Source: Mytilus trossulus
Taxonomy: Eukaryota
Reading direction: 5' to 3'
Length of the DNA stretch: 64,000 nt
Assembly (NCBI RefSeq): GCF_036588685.1
Contig: NC_086386.1
Location: forward strand, 12,772,001-12,836,000
A model generated the notes under the pieces. The model was not told the DNA's origin. It saw only the letters and a program-made list of their open reading frames with translations, and did no database searches. A program made the translations under genes and the position numbers. Positions 12,304-25,775 of this stretch are shown piece by piece (within the stretch, counting starts at the first letter, position 1; every line of letters begins with the position of its first letter).

Positions 12304-14347
12304 AAAATAATCAAAACACAAGCCCATGTTTTGTATTTTGAAAAAGAAAAAAAGGGCCTTTATTCAAAGATAATTCCAAATATTGCCAATACAGAAGACG
12401 TTTTATTCCAGTGGACTAAATGCCAGAAGTGAAACATGTCGACACAAACAGAAAAAGCGATGGTTATCAGTTATATAGTTTACAGATAAACGACAAATCT
12501 TACTTAATCAACTTCTCAGGACATCCTATAAAAAAACACCATGTTATTTAGTATAATATTTGCCATCGTCCATAATAGATAATTGATCATATGATTCCCT
12601 GGAAATCTATACAAAATGGCATACAATAATTAAGATAGCACAATAGATATTATATTGTAAAGTCAACCGTTCGTACAGCGTGATCTGAGAAGTAGATACA
12701 TGGAAATCAAAATCGAAGATATGTAAAAACAAAACTTGAATTTGTACGGATAAAAAAACTTATTTAACGTATGAAAAGATTGAGATATTTTTGTTGCAAC
12801 CAAAGTAAACTAGTACAGGTAAAACAATCAATTCCTATCGGTTTGAAACATCTTTTCCCTGCACGTACGCTAAATGTAGATACATTTGTAGATACAGTTG
12901 TCGTCAACAGTGACTGTAGGGCGGTTTAGCCGACAAAACGATTGATTTTTATTCTTTTTCTAAATTTATCTAAAATATATGTAAAATCGGGCCATTTAAG
13001 CATATTTGTCTATTTTCTAAGGTTCTTTGAAATTTAATGTTTTTGTTTTGGTGAGTTGACGTGTGTGTACTCATCATATTTGTTAATTTCATTTATTCTT
13101 CAAATTCCCACGTTTAAAGTACAATTTTTCAAACACTTTATAGGTGAAAATTTTCCACTATCTTTCACTATTCAAATGATTTTAATATAATGTTTTTTTT
13201 ATGTTTTCTGATTTTTCAAAACATTTTATGCTGATGGATATTTCGAATTGATGTATAATTGCTTATTTGTAATGTTATTCGTTTTAGTTTCCCCCCCGCG
13301 TATCTTCATGAATTCCATTTCCATGTGAATGCACAAGACTTATAATCCGAGCAATAATGAGAATTCACAGAAAGGATAAAATAAAAATCAGAAATTTACA
13401 AAAAGGAAGAAAATTGATTAACGATAATATGTTTTGCTTTTTTTTTGTAAATTTTAATTGACTAAACTGTCATGTTTATTCCTTCGTTAATACAATTTTA
13501 TTGTGCACGCAATTCTGTAGCTATTAACTAGTGCCCTTTATAAGTTAGTTTCCTTATTATTTTACTTTGTTTATCGTCATTTACTACGGATTTTACCATA
13601 ACATCGCTAGCATCATAGGTTTCTCCAAAGCATTCTTTCTTACAACTATCTTTTATAAAAGACACATAGGATATGAACAGTAATTGAAATGAATACGTAT
13701 AACACTTTAAAGGAATAAATAAATAAACAATGTTAAATAAATGGACATATACGTAAATATACATTTGGGTTGGTTTCTCTTTTTAGAAAACACGGTCGTT
13801 ACCTAGAGTCATTATTGACAGTGTTTGCGTTGCATTATCCCTATAACAATTTATTCAACCTTTCCTGCCTATTGTATATCCACATCCCTCCTAATATCGA
13901 ATCATGCAGTCCGATTAACCACGTTTTTGCAAATGAGTAACAACCGATTTGCAGCAAGCATGCTTGTAATGCACGATGAAACATATTTGAAAATACTGTT
14001 TTGTTTTGATCAGGGCCGAATTAGGTTCAGGTTCATCTGATAAAAGATTTTGAAAACTTTTAAAACACTTTAGTGTCTTCCTAAGTCGTACAATTAGTTT
14101 CTCAACCTTTATATAATTATGTTATATTTTATCATCAAATACAATTTACATTTAAATATAAATAAAAAAAGAATGAACACAAATGCGGCCACCTCCATTG
14201 CAAACGGAAACCGTCTAAAAATTAACTTAAATGCTATATTTCGAAAATTATAGCATTTTAGCATGACTTAATATTGCAAGAACTCGATACATTTGCATTG
14301 TATTTTTGAAAACAGCCCATATATCTACTTTCCGAACAATAGTTTAA

Positions 14348-14556
14348 GGGGGTAGACCTTGGTCCAGGGAGATAACTCTTTAAATCAGTGATGCATTTGT
14401 AATAGTCAAGATTTATAAATGTATTTTAAGCATTTACCTGAAACAGATTGGAAATAATCTATGTATCAGAGAAGCTTAGAACGTATTTATGACAATGGCT
14501 GACACAAACGTACGGATGATTTTAAGAGTTATTTCCCTTTACCTAGGTCTACCACC
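14348..14556. mobile_element. TTAA-flanked MITE (Kolobok-like, 209 bp)
   Basis: TTAA at 14344-14347 and 14557-14560; imperfect TIRs of about 40 bp starting GG.GGTAGACCT.GGT. Confidence 0.85.
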
Positions 14557-16596
14557 TTAAGGGTAACATTTAAAAAAAATTGTAAAACTGCCATATTTTA
14601 TAAGGGCCATAAAGGAATCTTACTGGGCCTACTCCAGTTTGTCACCAAGACAAAGTTTCAAATGCGATAGTTTATTTGTAAAATGCCTTCTTTATTATAT
14701 TTCTATGAGGCAGTGAGACAATTTCATACCTATATATACTGCAGTTTGTTGAAGGGATGCATTCTGAGAGTAAATAAGGTGTATACAACATCTCATGTTA
14801 TACTATGCTTTGTGGCCCTCTAGAAAAACTGCTGTCTGAAGATTGAATTTCCCGCAGCACATTAAGGTAGTCTCAATCTTTAAATCTACTTATTTTATTG
14901 ATTTAATGTTTGATTGGTCTTATAATTATGAACAAAATGTATTTTAATATGAACAATAGTCATACGACGCAAATAACCAAACGACATCATTGGGCCAACA
15001 TAATGTATGATGCAAAACAGATACTAGTAGTCCATATCTTATTGTTGAACACTTCATTGTCCTACGATACATATACTCATTGAAGCTACTCATAAAAAAT
15101 TATCATGTGAAGTCAAACTAGAACCCTTCATGTATACATGTATTTGCATATTCCATCAGAAGTTATTCAAACATAATTACAAAACAAACGTCTGCGTTAG
15201 TTGGCCAGTTTCAGCTATTTGATTACATATCTATGATATATTTGATGTTTACTGTTCTTCTTGGATTTAATGTAAATATATATTGTTACAATGAAATAAC
15301 ATTCTGATCTACAATTTCTAATGCTATTCATCTGACATTTTGATACCCTTGCAAAATTAATTTATTGAAGATAGCAAAAAAGTTATAGACTACAAGCTGT
15401 CTAATTAACTTTCTTTGCGGTATCGATTCGGAAACATTTTATAACCTTAGAGATGAGGTTGACATGGTGTACTAAAAGTAGTATAATGAATAGTCACAAT
15501 ATCCGGGTCTTTGGCAGTGAAAGATCGCTGTACATAAAGTGAAGTCACACAGTGATTTAACTGTACTGATTGGTTCGAACATTGATTCTAGGAATATATT
15601 AACAATTGTTTTACTTTATTGCATTTGAAATAAGTAAACTAATAAAACAAGAACTTTTAACTTGATGAAAGCAGTCAACAATGCTTAAGTACGTTCTAAG
15701 ACGTTATGTAGCTGGCATATTTATATTTTAGCAGTTAGATGTACAATGTAATAAAGAAAACAAAAAAATGCAAAAAGACTGATTTCCAATGAAAAATTTA
15801 AATCGGAAAGTCCATTATCAAATAGCAAAATCAAAAACTGAAACACACTGAACAACTGTCATCGATGTGTCGTCAAATTCAGAATAGCAGTTATAGCGCT
15901 GTTACATCGCTGGTGATTATCAACTGCGTGTTTTTAACTCAACATCAGACACAGCAACGCAAGTATCAATACAATGTGTCTTCAAATTGATAATACTTTA
16001 GAGCCGGTAAAACAAATGGAATAGAGACTGTAATCAATCTACTAATTTTGTTAAAATGTTCGTGCTAGGACGACTGGTAAGGCATGCACACAACGATAAT
16101 TTATATTCTGATAGTTATCAACCGAATATGTTCCAACCTTTTTCTATATCTACATCGTAATTGTTTTCAATTGAATACTTTTCTTTACCGGTTTTTGAAG
16201 TTCAAGGTCTTGTAGGTTAGTAACTTTTTTTTCGGATTCAATACTTGTATCTTTATATAGATTATCATGGGTACCAACTTTATATTCCTACCATGTATAT
16301 AATTCAACTTATAACATCCTTTTTTGCATTGCACGATCTACTTTCTTGTCTTTTTTAAAAAATCCAAAAAAACTTATGCTTTGTTCCTTTTTTGTTTGCG
16401 ATGAAGACTTTAAACACAGTTTCTTTATGTATTAAATGTCTACACTTTATCCCAAAGTATTGTTGTTGTGCCAATATACAAACATATAAAAATAAAAACC
16501 TTTGCGACTTTGGAAATGATGGCAAAGTTCAGAACCAATGTATTAGAATTAATACTCTCCAAGCCTATGTAATCCATACAATTTGATTTTATAATT

Positions 16597-16799
16597 GGTC
16601 ATGACCGAAGTCCGTAATTCATATCAAGTTTTCATTACAAAGCATTTATGGAAGGAAACTATTGTAACATTATCCCACGTGGGAATTATCTCTGCTAGTT
16701 TATTCATTTGGTAGAAGTGTTTAATTTTTCTTCATTTCCATTCGTGACACTGTTTAGCGTGAACTTATGAATAGCAGTCGCCGTTAGATATCACGTGAT
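16597..16799. promoter_or_regulatory. Candidate enhancer with an IR0 nuclear-receptor palindrome and two E-boxes
   Basis: GGTCATGACC 16597-16606, TCCCACGTGGGA 16673-16684, ATCACGTGAT 16790-16799; retained at 18301-18503 and 45970-46174 (third site there is CACTTG). Function is inferred. Confidence 0.45.
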
Positions 16800-18020
16800 T
16801 TACTTGGCTGTTTTTTTTTCAGGTTTAATGATATTTTGTTATCAGTTTTAGCAACTGCTTAAAAAAAAAGATAAAAATTAAAATAAGACCATGATTCTTG
16901 TTTTTTGTATTTGTAAAGTCTTTCACTAATACGTTAGGTGTGATATAAACGTGTAAATTTGATACGCCTTTTTTGTTCGTTTCAATCACTTTTAGCCATT
17001 ATTGTAATAACAACTAAGATCTCATCAAATATTTGTATGAACTACGCCATCTCGACATTTCACTTGAGATCAGAATCATACGGCAGTATTGGCCTTCCAA
17101 GTAAATAAAGAGTTGGAAAGCTTAAATGTTCACAAGCTTCAGTTTAATTTTATAATCAAATAATTTCGTCTTTATATAGCGATGATCTAACAAGAAACAA
17201 GTAGATTTAGTTTTTTCTGGTGTAACTTTTGTTTCCGTGTTCACGACCTCTCCGTTAACACAACTGATGACTAATTAACATTTTAGAGATGGTCTTATGG
17301 TTCTCACCAATTTATATTCTGACTGTTGATGTTTTCTAAACAATGAGATGGATGTGGTGCAAACGTTTGAGACAACTATCCACAATAATCCAAATGTCTT
17401 GGATGTATATATGCAACTGTATAAACTGGTCAGCGTATTAAGAAGCATCAACAAAACATGTACTATTAGAATTAAGATGAATTACTATCCGAATTATCCA
17501 TCTCTATAAAATTTATATTAGAAATGATATTCTTTCAAAATAGAATAGAGACTGTTAACAATCTACTTAATTTTTGAAAATTTGCGTGGTAAATTTAAAA
17601 TTAAACTGGTAAGGCATGCACACAATGAGACTTTATATTCTGACAGGTATCAACCGCATATGTTTAAACCTTTTCTATACCTACATCGTCATTGTTTTCA
17701 ATTAAATGCTTTTCTTTACTGGTTCATGAAGTTCAAGGTCTTGTAGATGAGTATTTTTTGGACATTATTACTCATCTTTCGGATTGAATACTTGTATCTA
17801 TATATAAATTATCATGGGAACCAACTTCATATTCCTACCATGCATATAATGCAACTTATTACATGCTTCTTTGTATTGTAATATTTACTTTCTTATTTCT
17901 GTTTAAAAAAACCACAAAAGAGCGTATGCTCTGTTCTTGTTTGTTTGCAATGAAGACTTTGAACACAGTTTATTTACTTATTCAATGTCTACACTTTATC
18001 CCAAAGTACTGTTGATGTGT

Positions 18021-18184
18021 TAAAAGAGGGACGAAAGATACCAAAGGGACAGTCAAAATCATAAATCTAAAACAAACTGACAACGCCATGGCTAAAAATG
18101 AAAAAGTCAAACAGAAAAATAATAGTACACATGACACAACATCGAAAACTAAAGAATAAACAACACGAACCCCACCAAAAACTA
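18021..18184 (-). mobile_element. Short retroelement 3' fragment
   Basis: Present in the second local duplicate only; empty sites near 16470 and 45850. Confidence 0.75.
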
Positions 18185-20002
18185 CAACATATAAAAATAA
18201 AAACCATTACGACTTTGGAAATTATAACAAATTTCAGACCAAGTGTATTGGAATCAATAATCTCCAAGCCTAAGTAATCGATACAATTTGTTTTATAATT
18301 GGTCATGACCGAAGTCCGCATTTGATATCAAGTTTTCATTACTATGCATTAATGTAAGGACGCTATTGTAACGCTAGCCCACGTGGGAATTATCTCTGCT
18401 ATTTCATTCATTTATTAGAAGTGTTTAATTTTTCTTCAATTCCTTTAGTGACACCGTTAAGCGTGAACTTATGAATACCAGTCGCCGTTAGATATCACGT
18501 GATTTACTTGGCTGGTGATTTTATCAGGTTTAATGTTTAAGCAACTGCTTAAAACATAGATAAAAAATAAAATATGACAATGATTCGTGTTTTTGTATTT
18601 GGAAAGTTTTTCACTAAATATGTTAGGTGTAATATAAACGTGTTAAGTTGATACACCTTTTCTGTTCGTTTCATCATTTTAGCCATTATTGTAATAACAA
18701 CTAAGATCTCATCAAATATTGGTATGAACTACGCCATCTCGACATTTCACTTCAGATCAGAATCATACGGAATTATTGGCCTTCCGTGTAAAAAAAGAGT
18801 AGACAAGCTTAAATCTTCATAAGATCAAGTTCAATTTTATAATCAAATAATTTCGTCTTTATATAGCGATGACCTAACAAGAAACAAGTAGAATTTGTTT
18901 TCGGGTGTAACTTTTGTTTCCGTGTACATCAACCAATCCACCAACACAACGGATGACTAATTAACATTTTAGAGATGGTCTTATGGTTCTCACCAATTTA
19001 TATTCTGACTGCTGATTTTTTTAAACAATAAGATGGATGTGGTGACTATCCACAATAATCCAAATGTCGTGGAAGTAAGCAACTGTATAAATAGGTCACT
19101 GCATTTAGAAGCATAGACAAAAAATGTACTCCTAGAGTTAAGATGAATTTCTATCCGAACAATTCATCTCGTAAATGATATTAATATAAAACGTAGGAAA
19201 TGTTGTATAATTGTTGAAGAGATATGCATTCAACAGGGACCAAATGATCGTTTTAAATAGTCATAGCATTTTTAAATCAATCAAACATTTTTCATTTGAA
19301 ATTATCTATTACAAAGCTTTACGGAAAAGTGATGTATTTGTAAATGTGACAGTTTTTTCATAAAAGTTCATTTGACGAATTTATAATTAGTAAAAGGTCA
19401 TTGTACAATCTTTAACAACGAGAAAGGCCTCGACATGAAAAATATCAAAAAAAAAAAATTCTAAAGAAGCTTACCAAGAGTTTGATTTATAAACAAACAC
19501 AATTACTTACAAATCAAATTACATCAGAGACGAACCTCTGATGTACAGGCTTCTGACATGCAAATAAAGGAAATTGCGGTGTTAAACATGTTTGTGAACG
19601 ATCCATGGTTTCCTAAGCTGGTGCGTTGGTGGAACAGCAAAACATCAAAACAATTGGCAAAAACCGGTTGAAAATGGCTAAACTCAATAGATCGACAAAC
19701 AGAACGACCCCGCTCCGATTTATATAAAAGCAATAGACACACAGTCTCGATATAGGTGTACTCTACAAAAGCCATTGCACGTACTTTCCTTTTTCTGAGT
19801 GAATGTACTTTCCTTTTTCAGAGAATATTAATCTCGTAAGAATCATATTAAAAGAAGACATTAAAACGAGTTAAAAATATATTCACTTCAAACTACTTTA
19901 AATGATTTTATGACACAATAGTTTTCTGCGACATTTAGTTTAAAATGCTCATTCCATGTCAAATGGTGTACTTCTTAAGCTAGTGGCCAATTTGCTTTCT
20001 TG

Positions 20003-20340
20003 TCCTACAGGAATAAGTCAAATGTCAATCCTACAGGAAAAAGTCAAATGTCAATCCTACAGGAAAAAGTCAAATGTCAATCCTACAGGAAAAAGTCAAA
20101 TGTCAATCCTACAGGAAAAAGTCAAATGTCAATCCTACAGGAATAAGTCAAATGTCAATCCTACAGGAAAAAGTCAAATGTCAATCCTACAGGAAAAAGT
20201 CAAATGTCAATCCTACAGGAAAAAGTCAAATGTCAATCCTACAGGAAAAAGTCAAATGTCAATCCTATAGGAAAAAGTCAAATGTCAATTTTACAGGAAA
20301 AAGACAAATGTCAATCCTGCAAGAAAAAGTCAAATGTCAA
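20003..20340. repeat. Minisatellite, 13 x 26 bp (TCCTACAGGAAAAAGTCAAATGTCAA)
   Basis: 338 bp = 13 units counted directly; single ancestral unit at 50300-50325. Confidence 0.97.
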
Positions 20341-21301
20341 TGATTATAAGTTGATTGCAGTGTTTATCAGGAACATTACTAAGAAATTTGATATTAAAAT
20401 TAAGAATCATTGGTTTATTAAATTAGGTCAATGAAGTATATATGTTCAGTGTTACAATGTTTCACTTGACATGTTTATGAAAGCATGAACGCAAAAAGTC
20501 ATGATCATGATGATTTACGATGATATATGATGATAAAATTTAAAGTGCGTCCAGAATTATCTTTCAGTGTAAGAATGGAAAGTGCAAACCTTATGCATTG
20601 CTGCCGCACCCCACGATGTCTTAATTGTAAGTCTTTATTCTTTCTAAACTTTATGTTACAGAGATTGTTTGCGTTCGGTTTATCATTGTTTGACAAAGTC
20701 ATACGATTCAAATAAATCAGAACATCAATCAGGTTATAGTAAAACAACATTTCCTTGAAGACTGATTAGTTTTAAAGCTTTCGAATATTGATTTATTTGG
20801 TTGCCTGAACTTGTGGTATATTTTTGCACTATGCAGATTATTTCAGACACGTATATCGCGTACAATAAAAGCATACCATCAATAATTACGTATTAAGATG
20901 TGGTATGAACGCCACATGAGAAAACTTTCATAGAAAGACCTAATGGAGTAGATTTTAGAAACCAGATGTCACTGTATGTGTCGTAAGCTATAACATACAG
21001 TTTTTTTTGTATTTACAAACGACAAAATAAGCCACTTTAACTTTTCTATATTATAAAAAAAGAAGTAAAATGCCAAGGTGTGGTATGATTGCCAATGAGA
21101 CAACTCTTTTCAAGAGACTACTAACACAGAAATAAACAACTATATAAATGTATCCCCATACACCGTATATTAGAATGTATTCCTGTTCGTTTTAGAAATC
21201 AATATCGTATTCAACGAAAATACTTCATTTTGATCTCGAGGAGTGAATAAGAAGATGAGACAATTCAGACTAAATGTAGAATAAAAGCACTTAACTATAT
21301 A

Positions 21302-21512
21302 TAAAATTGAGATTGGAAAAGGGGAATGTGTCAAAGAGACAACAACCCAACCAAATGAAAAAAACAACAGCAGAAGGTCACCAACAGGTCTTCAATGTAG
21401 CGAGAAATTCTCGCACCCGGAAGCGTCCTTCAGCTGGCCCCTAAACAAATATATACTAGTTCAGTGATAATGAAAGCCATACTAATTTCCAAATTGTACA
21501 CAAGCAACTAAA
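21302..21512 (-). mobile_element. 3'-terminal fragment of Naiad-type PLE
   Basis: Near-identical to 33717-33933. Confidence 0.9.
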
Positions 21513-22398
21513 TACTATATATAACAAAGTAAGATACACAAACAAATCAGTTTTAGGCAAAATGATTTTAAAGGACGTTTGCATTTACTGAGAACTTAAT
21601 TCTGTTATTAAATTATGGCATCCATTTTATTGGTAGTTGTACTTTTAATGATATTCCTTCTAAACAGTACAGAAGATAAGACCTTATCAATGCATACATA
21701 GTTAGACAAAAAACTGTTTACAACTGCAATGCAAAAAGAACAGTTTGGTATCCGTCCAAACGATAAAGTTACACGAAAACCCTCTAAATATCAATAATAA
21801 CAGTTGAATAATAAATTTTCTGGAATAGTATAAAATAAAAAAAATCATAAAAAGACTCATTAGCTAAAAAAAATAACATGATCGTGAAGAGATGGACGTG
21901 AAATAACACTTATCAAACTTAAAAGGTATAATCATACTCCTACGACTATTAACCCGTGCATTAAAATCCATCCCATCAATTACTATGTATTTAGATGGTA
22001 TAGATGCCAAATGCGACATCTCAAAAAGAAAGACCAATTAAAGTAGATGTAAGAAACCAAATTTCACTGTATGTATTTTAATCTATAAAAGATAGTTCGT
22101 TTTATTTACAAACGCCTAACACGGCCAATATATTAGTATGTGTACCTTGTTCCATATAAAAGGCGTCGATCAATATCGTATTCAAAGAAAACACTTTATT
22201 TTGTTCTTGAGAAGAGCATTAGAAAATGTCGAGACAACCTATTCGACGTATTATTGACTATTTCGTCCAATGGACTACCAACTGTTTTTAAACGAACATA
22301 GAATACACACCATCAGAAGAAAAGCACTTAACTATATGTAGACTATACCATATATTACAAAGTCAGATTCTGAAACAAAGCAATAATAAGCAATACTA

Positions 22399-22752
22399 GA
22401 GAGCCGTGGTGTAGTGGTTAGTGCATCGGACTACTAACACAAAGGTTCCTGGTTCGATTCCCGTTTGGGATGGAAATTTCAGGAACTCAATTTTCGGCTC
22501 TCCCTTGACACCATCTGCGAGTATGGTATTAAGGAAACGATGAGAGTCCGTCGGAAAGGGACGAAAAATGGCTGACCCGTGTAAAGAGAGAGCCACATCT
22601 CTTGCACGTTAACGACACCCTTGTAGATTTCGAAAAAGAGTAGGCTAAGCCGCTACAAGGCAGCACTCGCACCTGCAAAGTGGAAAGGGATTAATATAAG
22701 TTGCAAAACTTGTTTCCCAATCCACTTTAAATAAATATGTTTAAACTAAACT
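22399..22752 (+). mobile_element. Full-length tRNA-derived SINE with Meta-like central domain
   Basis: A box TGGTGTAGTGG, B box GGTTCGATTCC, central GTCCGTCGGAAAGGGACG...GCACGTTAA..ACCC...AAGAGTAGG resembling the MetaSINE domain, AAACT tail, TSD AATACTA (22392-22398, 22753-22759), empty site 51243-51249. Confidence 0.88.
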
Positions 22753-23446
22753 AATACTATTTTAAATGATGATAACATTAACTGAGAACTATCTACTGTT
22801 ATTAAATTGTGTCATCTTACACCGTTTTTATTGGAAGCTTTACTTTGAATGAATTTCTAAACAAACCGTACATAAAGTCGAAGATAGTAGCTTATGAAAT
22901 GAACAGTTAGGAAAAAACTGCATACAGCTTCATTACAAATTAACAAGTGTTGAATCCTTTAATAATGTTCGCTCTTCTTGATTTTGAATGTTTGTAATCA
23001 TATATTAGAAATCGTCTTGTTTTACCCATGCAGTGCCATTAAAAATATTTCCCCACTAACATTAACATTCTAACACCCACAGTTTAAAAAGCCGTATTTG
23101 AAAATGCTACAAACCATTGTAATATTTGTTTTTAAAATCTTTTAAAAGAAAAAGGGTGCCAATGTTAATGTTATTAAAAGTAAAGAGAGCAATGTTTCCC
23201 GACAAATTTTCAATGGATGATGTCTCGAAAACAAGCACTCGGACTCTTATTTTTTCTGCTTTTTCTGTTCCTTTATTTATACACTATCGATTTAAAACAG
23301 TCTTTTAAAAAGCGTGTTATTTTGAAACAGGATAGGGACAATCGTCATATCGATAAATATACGATCTGACATTTAGCCCCCTTAATGTAAATAACAACAG
23401 TGTAATTGTAAATTTTCTGAATTAGAATTAAAACTGAAGTATTTAA

Positions 23447-23784
23447 GGCAGTTCGCTACTCAGTTTCAGAATGAAAAAAACATTCATAACCCTTATACAG
23501 AATGATACAGGTTTAAAAAAGGAACAAAAAAAAAATGTATAGGTCAATTTACTTGTTTTCGAGATATTTGCCATCGAAATTTTTGCGGAATTGAAATTCT
23601 GGCGGGAATATATTCTCTTTCATTTATCATTGACAAGTTAGCGTTTTTAACGTTAGTAAGATTTTAACAGATGGCTTATAATTATACATATGACAGATTT
23701 ATAAAAAGAAAAATGGGGTCTATGGGCTATATATATTAAGGCAAAAATCTGACAAAAATACCAAAACATGACATGCGAACATCC
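23447..23784. mobile_element. TTAA-flanked MITE (Kolobok-like)
   Basis: TTAA at 23443-23446 and 23785-23788; short TIRs GGCAGTTCGC / GCGAACATCC; absent near 51762. Confidence 0.75.
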
Positions 23785-25609
23785 TTAAAGACTCATTTGC
23801 TAAATCAATAACATAACCGTAAAAAGATGAATGTGTAATAAATCTTAACATGTAATATTATAATCCAACAACAACTTTTCGTCGTTTGAAATACGAATGC
23901 CCTGCTGATGAAAGTATATCTTAGAAACTGAATCCAAACAACGTGGTGCCATTCATATACTGGATACAAACTCTGCAAACGGCTGTTCACAAAGTTAAAC
24001 ACACGGTTGAATTCAACAGTATTAAGATCATTATATCTTTTACCTTATGATGTACAGTTTAGATATTTGTATGTCAAATGTAAGCCTAGCTTGGTTTTGC
24101 TGAATTTGTTGTATGGAATGTAAGTCCCTGACATATGATAAAGAGTAAATGTCTCTATTTGTTCAATTCCTTGTTGGACATCTTGTTGTGTTTTCTCCAA
24201 AAAAAAAATTAGAAAGAGATTACATATTTCCTAAGGAAAATACATTTTAGATATTTTAGGAAATTAGCCTCGATGATTTAAATAAAAAAAACCAAAGAAG
24301 ATCTGTTAGATAATGCTCTTTAACTTTAAACACTTATTTCAAATTAACTTTTTCACTTGACTAAAGCCGAATTGATTCAGTTTCAGGGAAAAGAAAATAT
24401 TATACTAGGTCAAAAATATATCTAAATTACTTTATATGATGTTCCTTCAATGAATGCTTATAGGAGTTGTTTTCTGATTGGTTAATTCATTGCGTTGTTT
24501 CTGTTAAGTTTATTCTAAATTTTAAATACAGTGCTGCCTCAAAGGATTGACCTATTTAATACATTTAAATTTTGTGCATTTTGTTCATTCTATAATCATG
24601 ACATGCGTTTATAATTAAATAAAAGTTCTATGTACGCATATGCAGAGGTTGCACATAGGCTTTATATGAGCTATATGTAACTAATGTTGGTATCATTTGG
24701 CGATTTAAAGGATAATATTCCTATCCATTACAGATGCTCTCCATTTTTGTATTTTATTTTGCTTTCATTTGAGTGTGAATGTCAGTTGTATCAATGCATA
24801 TGAAGCACTCTTTTAAAACCTAATTGATCTTAAAATGTTCTTGTTTTGATCAGAGTCGCAGAAGCTAAGAATACTTGTATGCAGATGTTTAACACAGATA
24901 GTGATTTCAGAGTTTTTAGGGAGCAAATGCCATTCAGAGGTCTTATTGGAATCTAAAATGTACATTTTCTCCTAGATTTAAACTGGACGACTCAAGCTAC
25001 AGTACAGTTCTCAACCACAATAATATGTGATGCCATTAAACGTTGCATTTACGTATTGGCACTCTTGAAAAATTGAATTATAATTTTAATGCATGCATAT
25101 AAGTTTGTCTTTAATTTTAGTAAGTAGAAACTGCTGCAAACAATAGAAAAACATATTGAAATACAATCGATCATTTCGAGAAAAAAAAAAATTCACAATA
25201 AAATCATTGGCTTGCCACTTTATGAGGTTTATTTCAGAAATATGAAAGGGTTTTCAAATTACATCAATGACTAGATACTCAGAATGACTGATGAATTTAA
25301 TTATACAAGATAATGAAAGATATTCGATCATTGAAATAGCAAACAACTGTAATGTCTGATTTATTTTTCAAAATTAAGATTATTGTGTTGTGACGGAAAA
25401 CACCTCAGAAAAACGGAATATAAGAATCTTCAATCAGACAAAACGAGTTGGTGTTGTTTCAAAAAGACGTTGTGACTTGGTTTAAGACTTTTTCGTTAAA
25501 TCAAAAATGGAGATCAAATTTAATATCTGCCTGAGATATTATAGGGGAGATGGTACACATTATTGTTCAAAGGAAGCTATTGAACGAAGAGTTCCAAATA
25601 GCTAGTAAA

Positions 25610-25775
25610 GTAGAAATCATCCCTTCGTAAATTTTACGGACGCCATCACAAGTTGGTTGACCGTTATCGAATAACCGTTTAACAAATGATATCGAATATG
25701 TTCCGTACGTCGTAACTATAATCCCTTACCCTTTCATGAATGTGACTTACCGAATTATACTATTTACCGGATTTA
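25610..25775 (+). pseudogene. C-terminal fragment of a Naiad-type RT
   Basis: Reads SSLRKFYGRHHKLVDRYRITV*QMI, comparable to KTFTKFYHRYKDII in the ORF at 34362-35669. Confidence 0.65.

Larger units (their letters stand above)
16013..19185. repeat. Local tandem duplication of about 1.52 kb
   Basis: AATAGAGACTG at 16020 and 17544; the two halves align throughout, the second carrying an insertion at 18021-18184; single copy in unit 2 (about 45010-46870). Confidence 0.92.
20840..22950. repeat. Older local tandem duplication (period about 1.1 kb)
   Basis: 20875-21020 vs 21972-22115, 21197-21245 vs 22168-22215, 21585-21720 vs 22780-22920; single copy in unit 2 (50800-51390). Ends approximate. Confidence 0.7.

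Noticed and set aside
19956-20434. Repetitive ORFs MSILQEKVKCQSYRKKSNVNPTGKSQ and CRISPR-like regularity
   Set aside because: Products of a stop-free 26-bp minisatellite with no spacers and no cas genes.
22401-22472. tRNA gene
   Set aside because: Acceptor stem does not close; it is the head of a TSD-flanked SINE.
22541-22568. Hammerhead-like GATGAGA-GTCC..GGAC-GAAA in the SINE
   Set aside because: Lacks CUGA, and the second copy at 7070-7095 does not keep GAAA; it is the Meta-domain hairpin.
25268-25290. TGACTAGAT resembling a miR-279 seed
   Set aside because: The rest does not match, there is no hairpin, and the paralogue reads TGATTAGAT.
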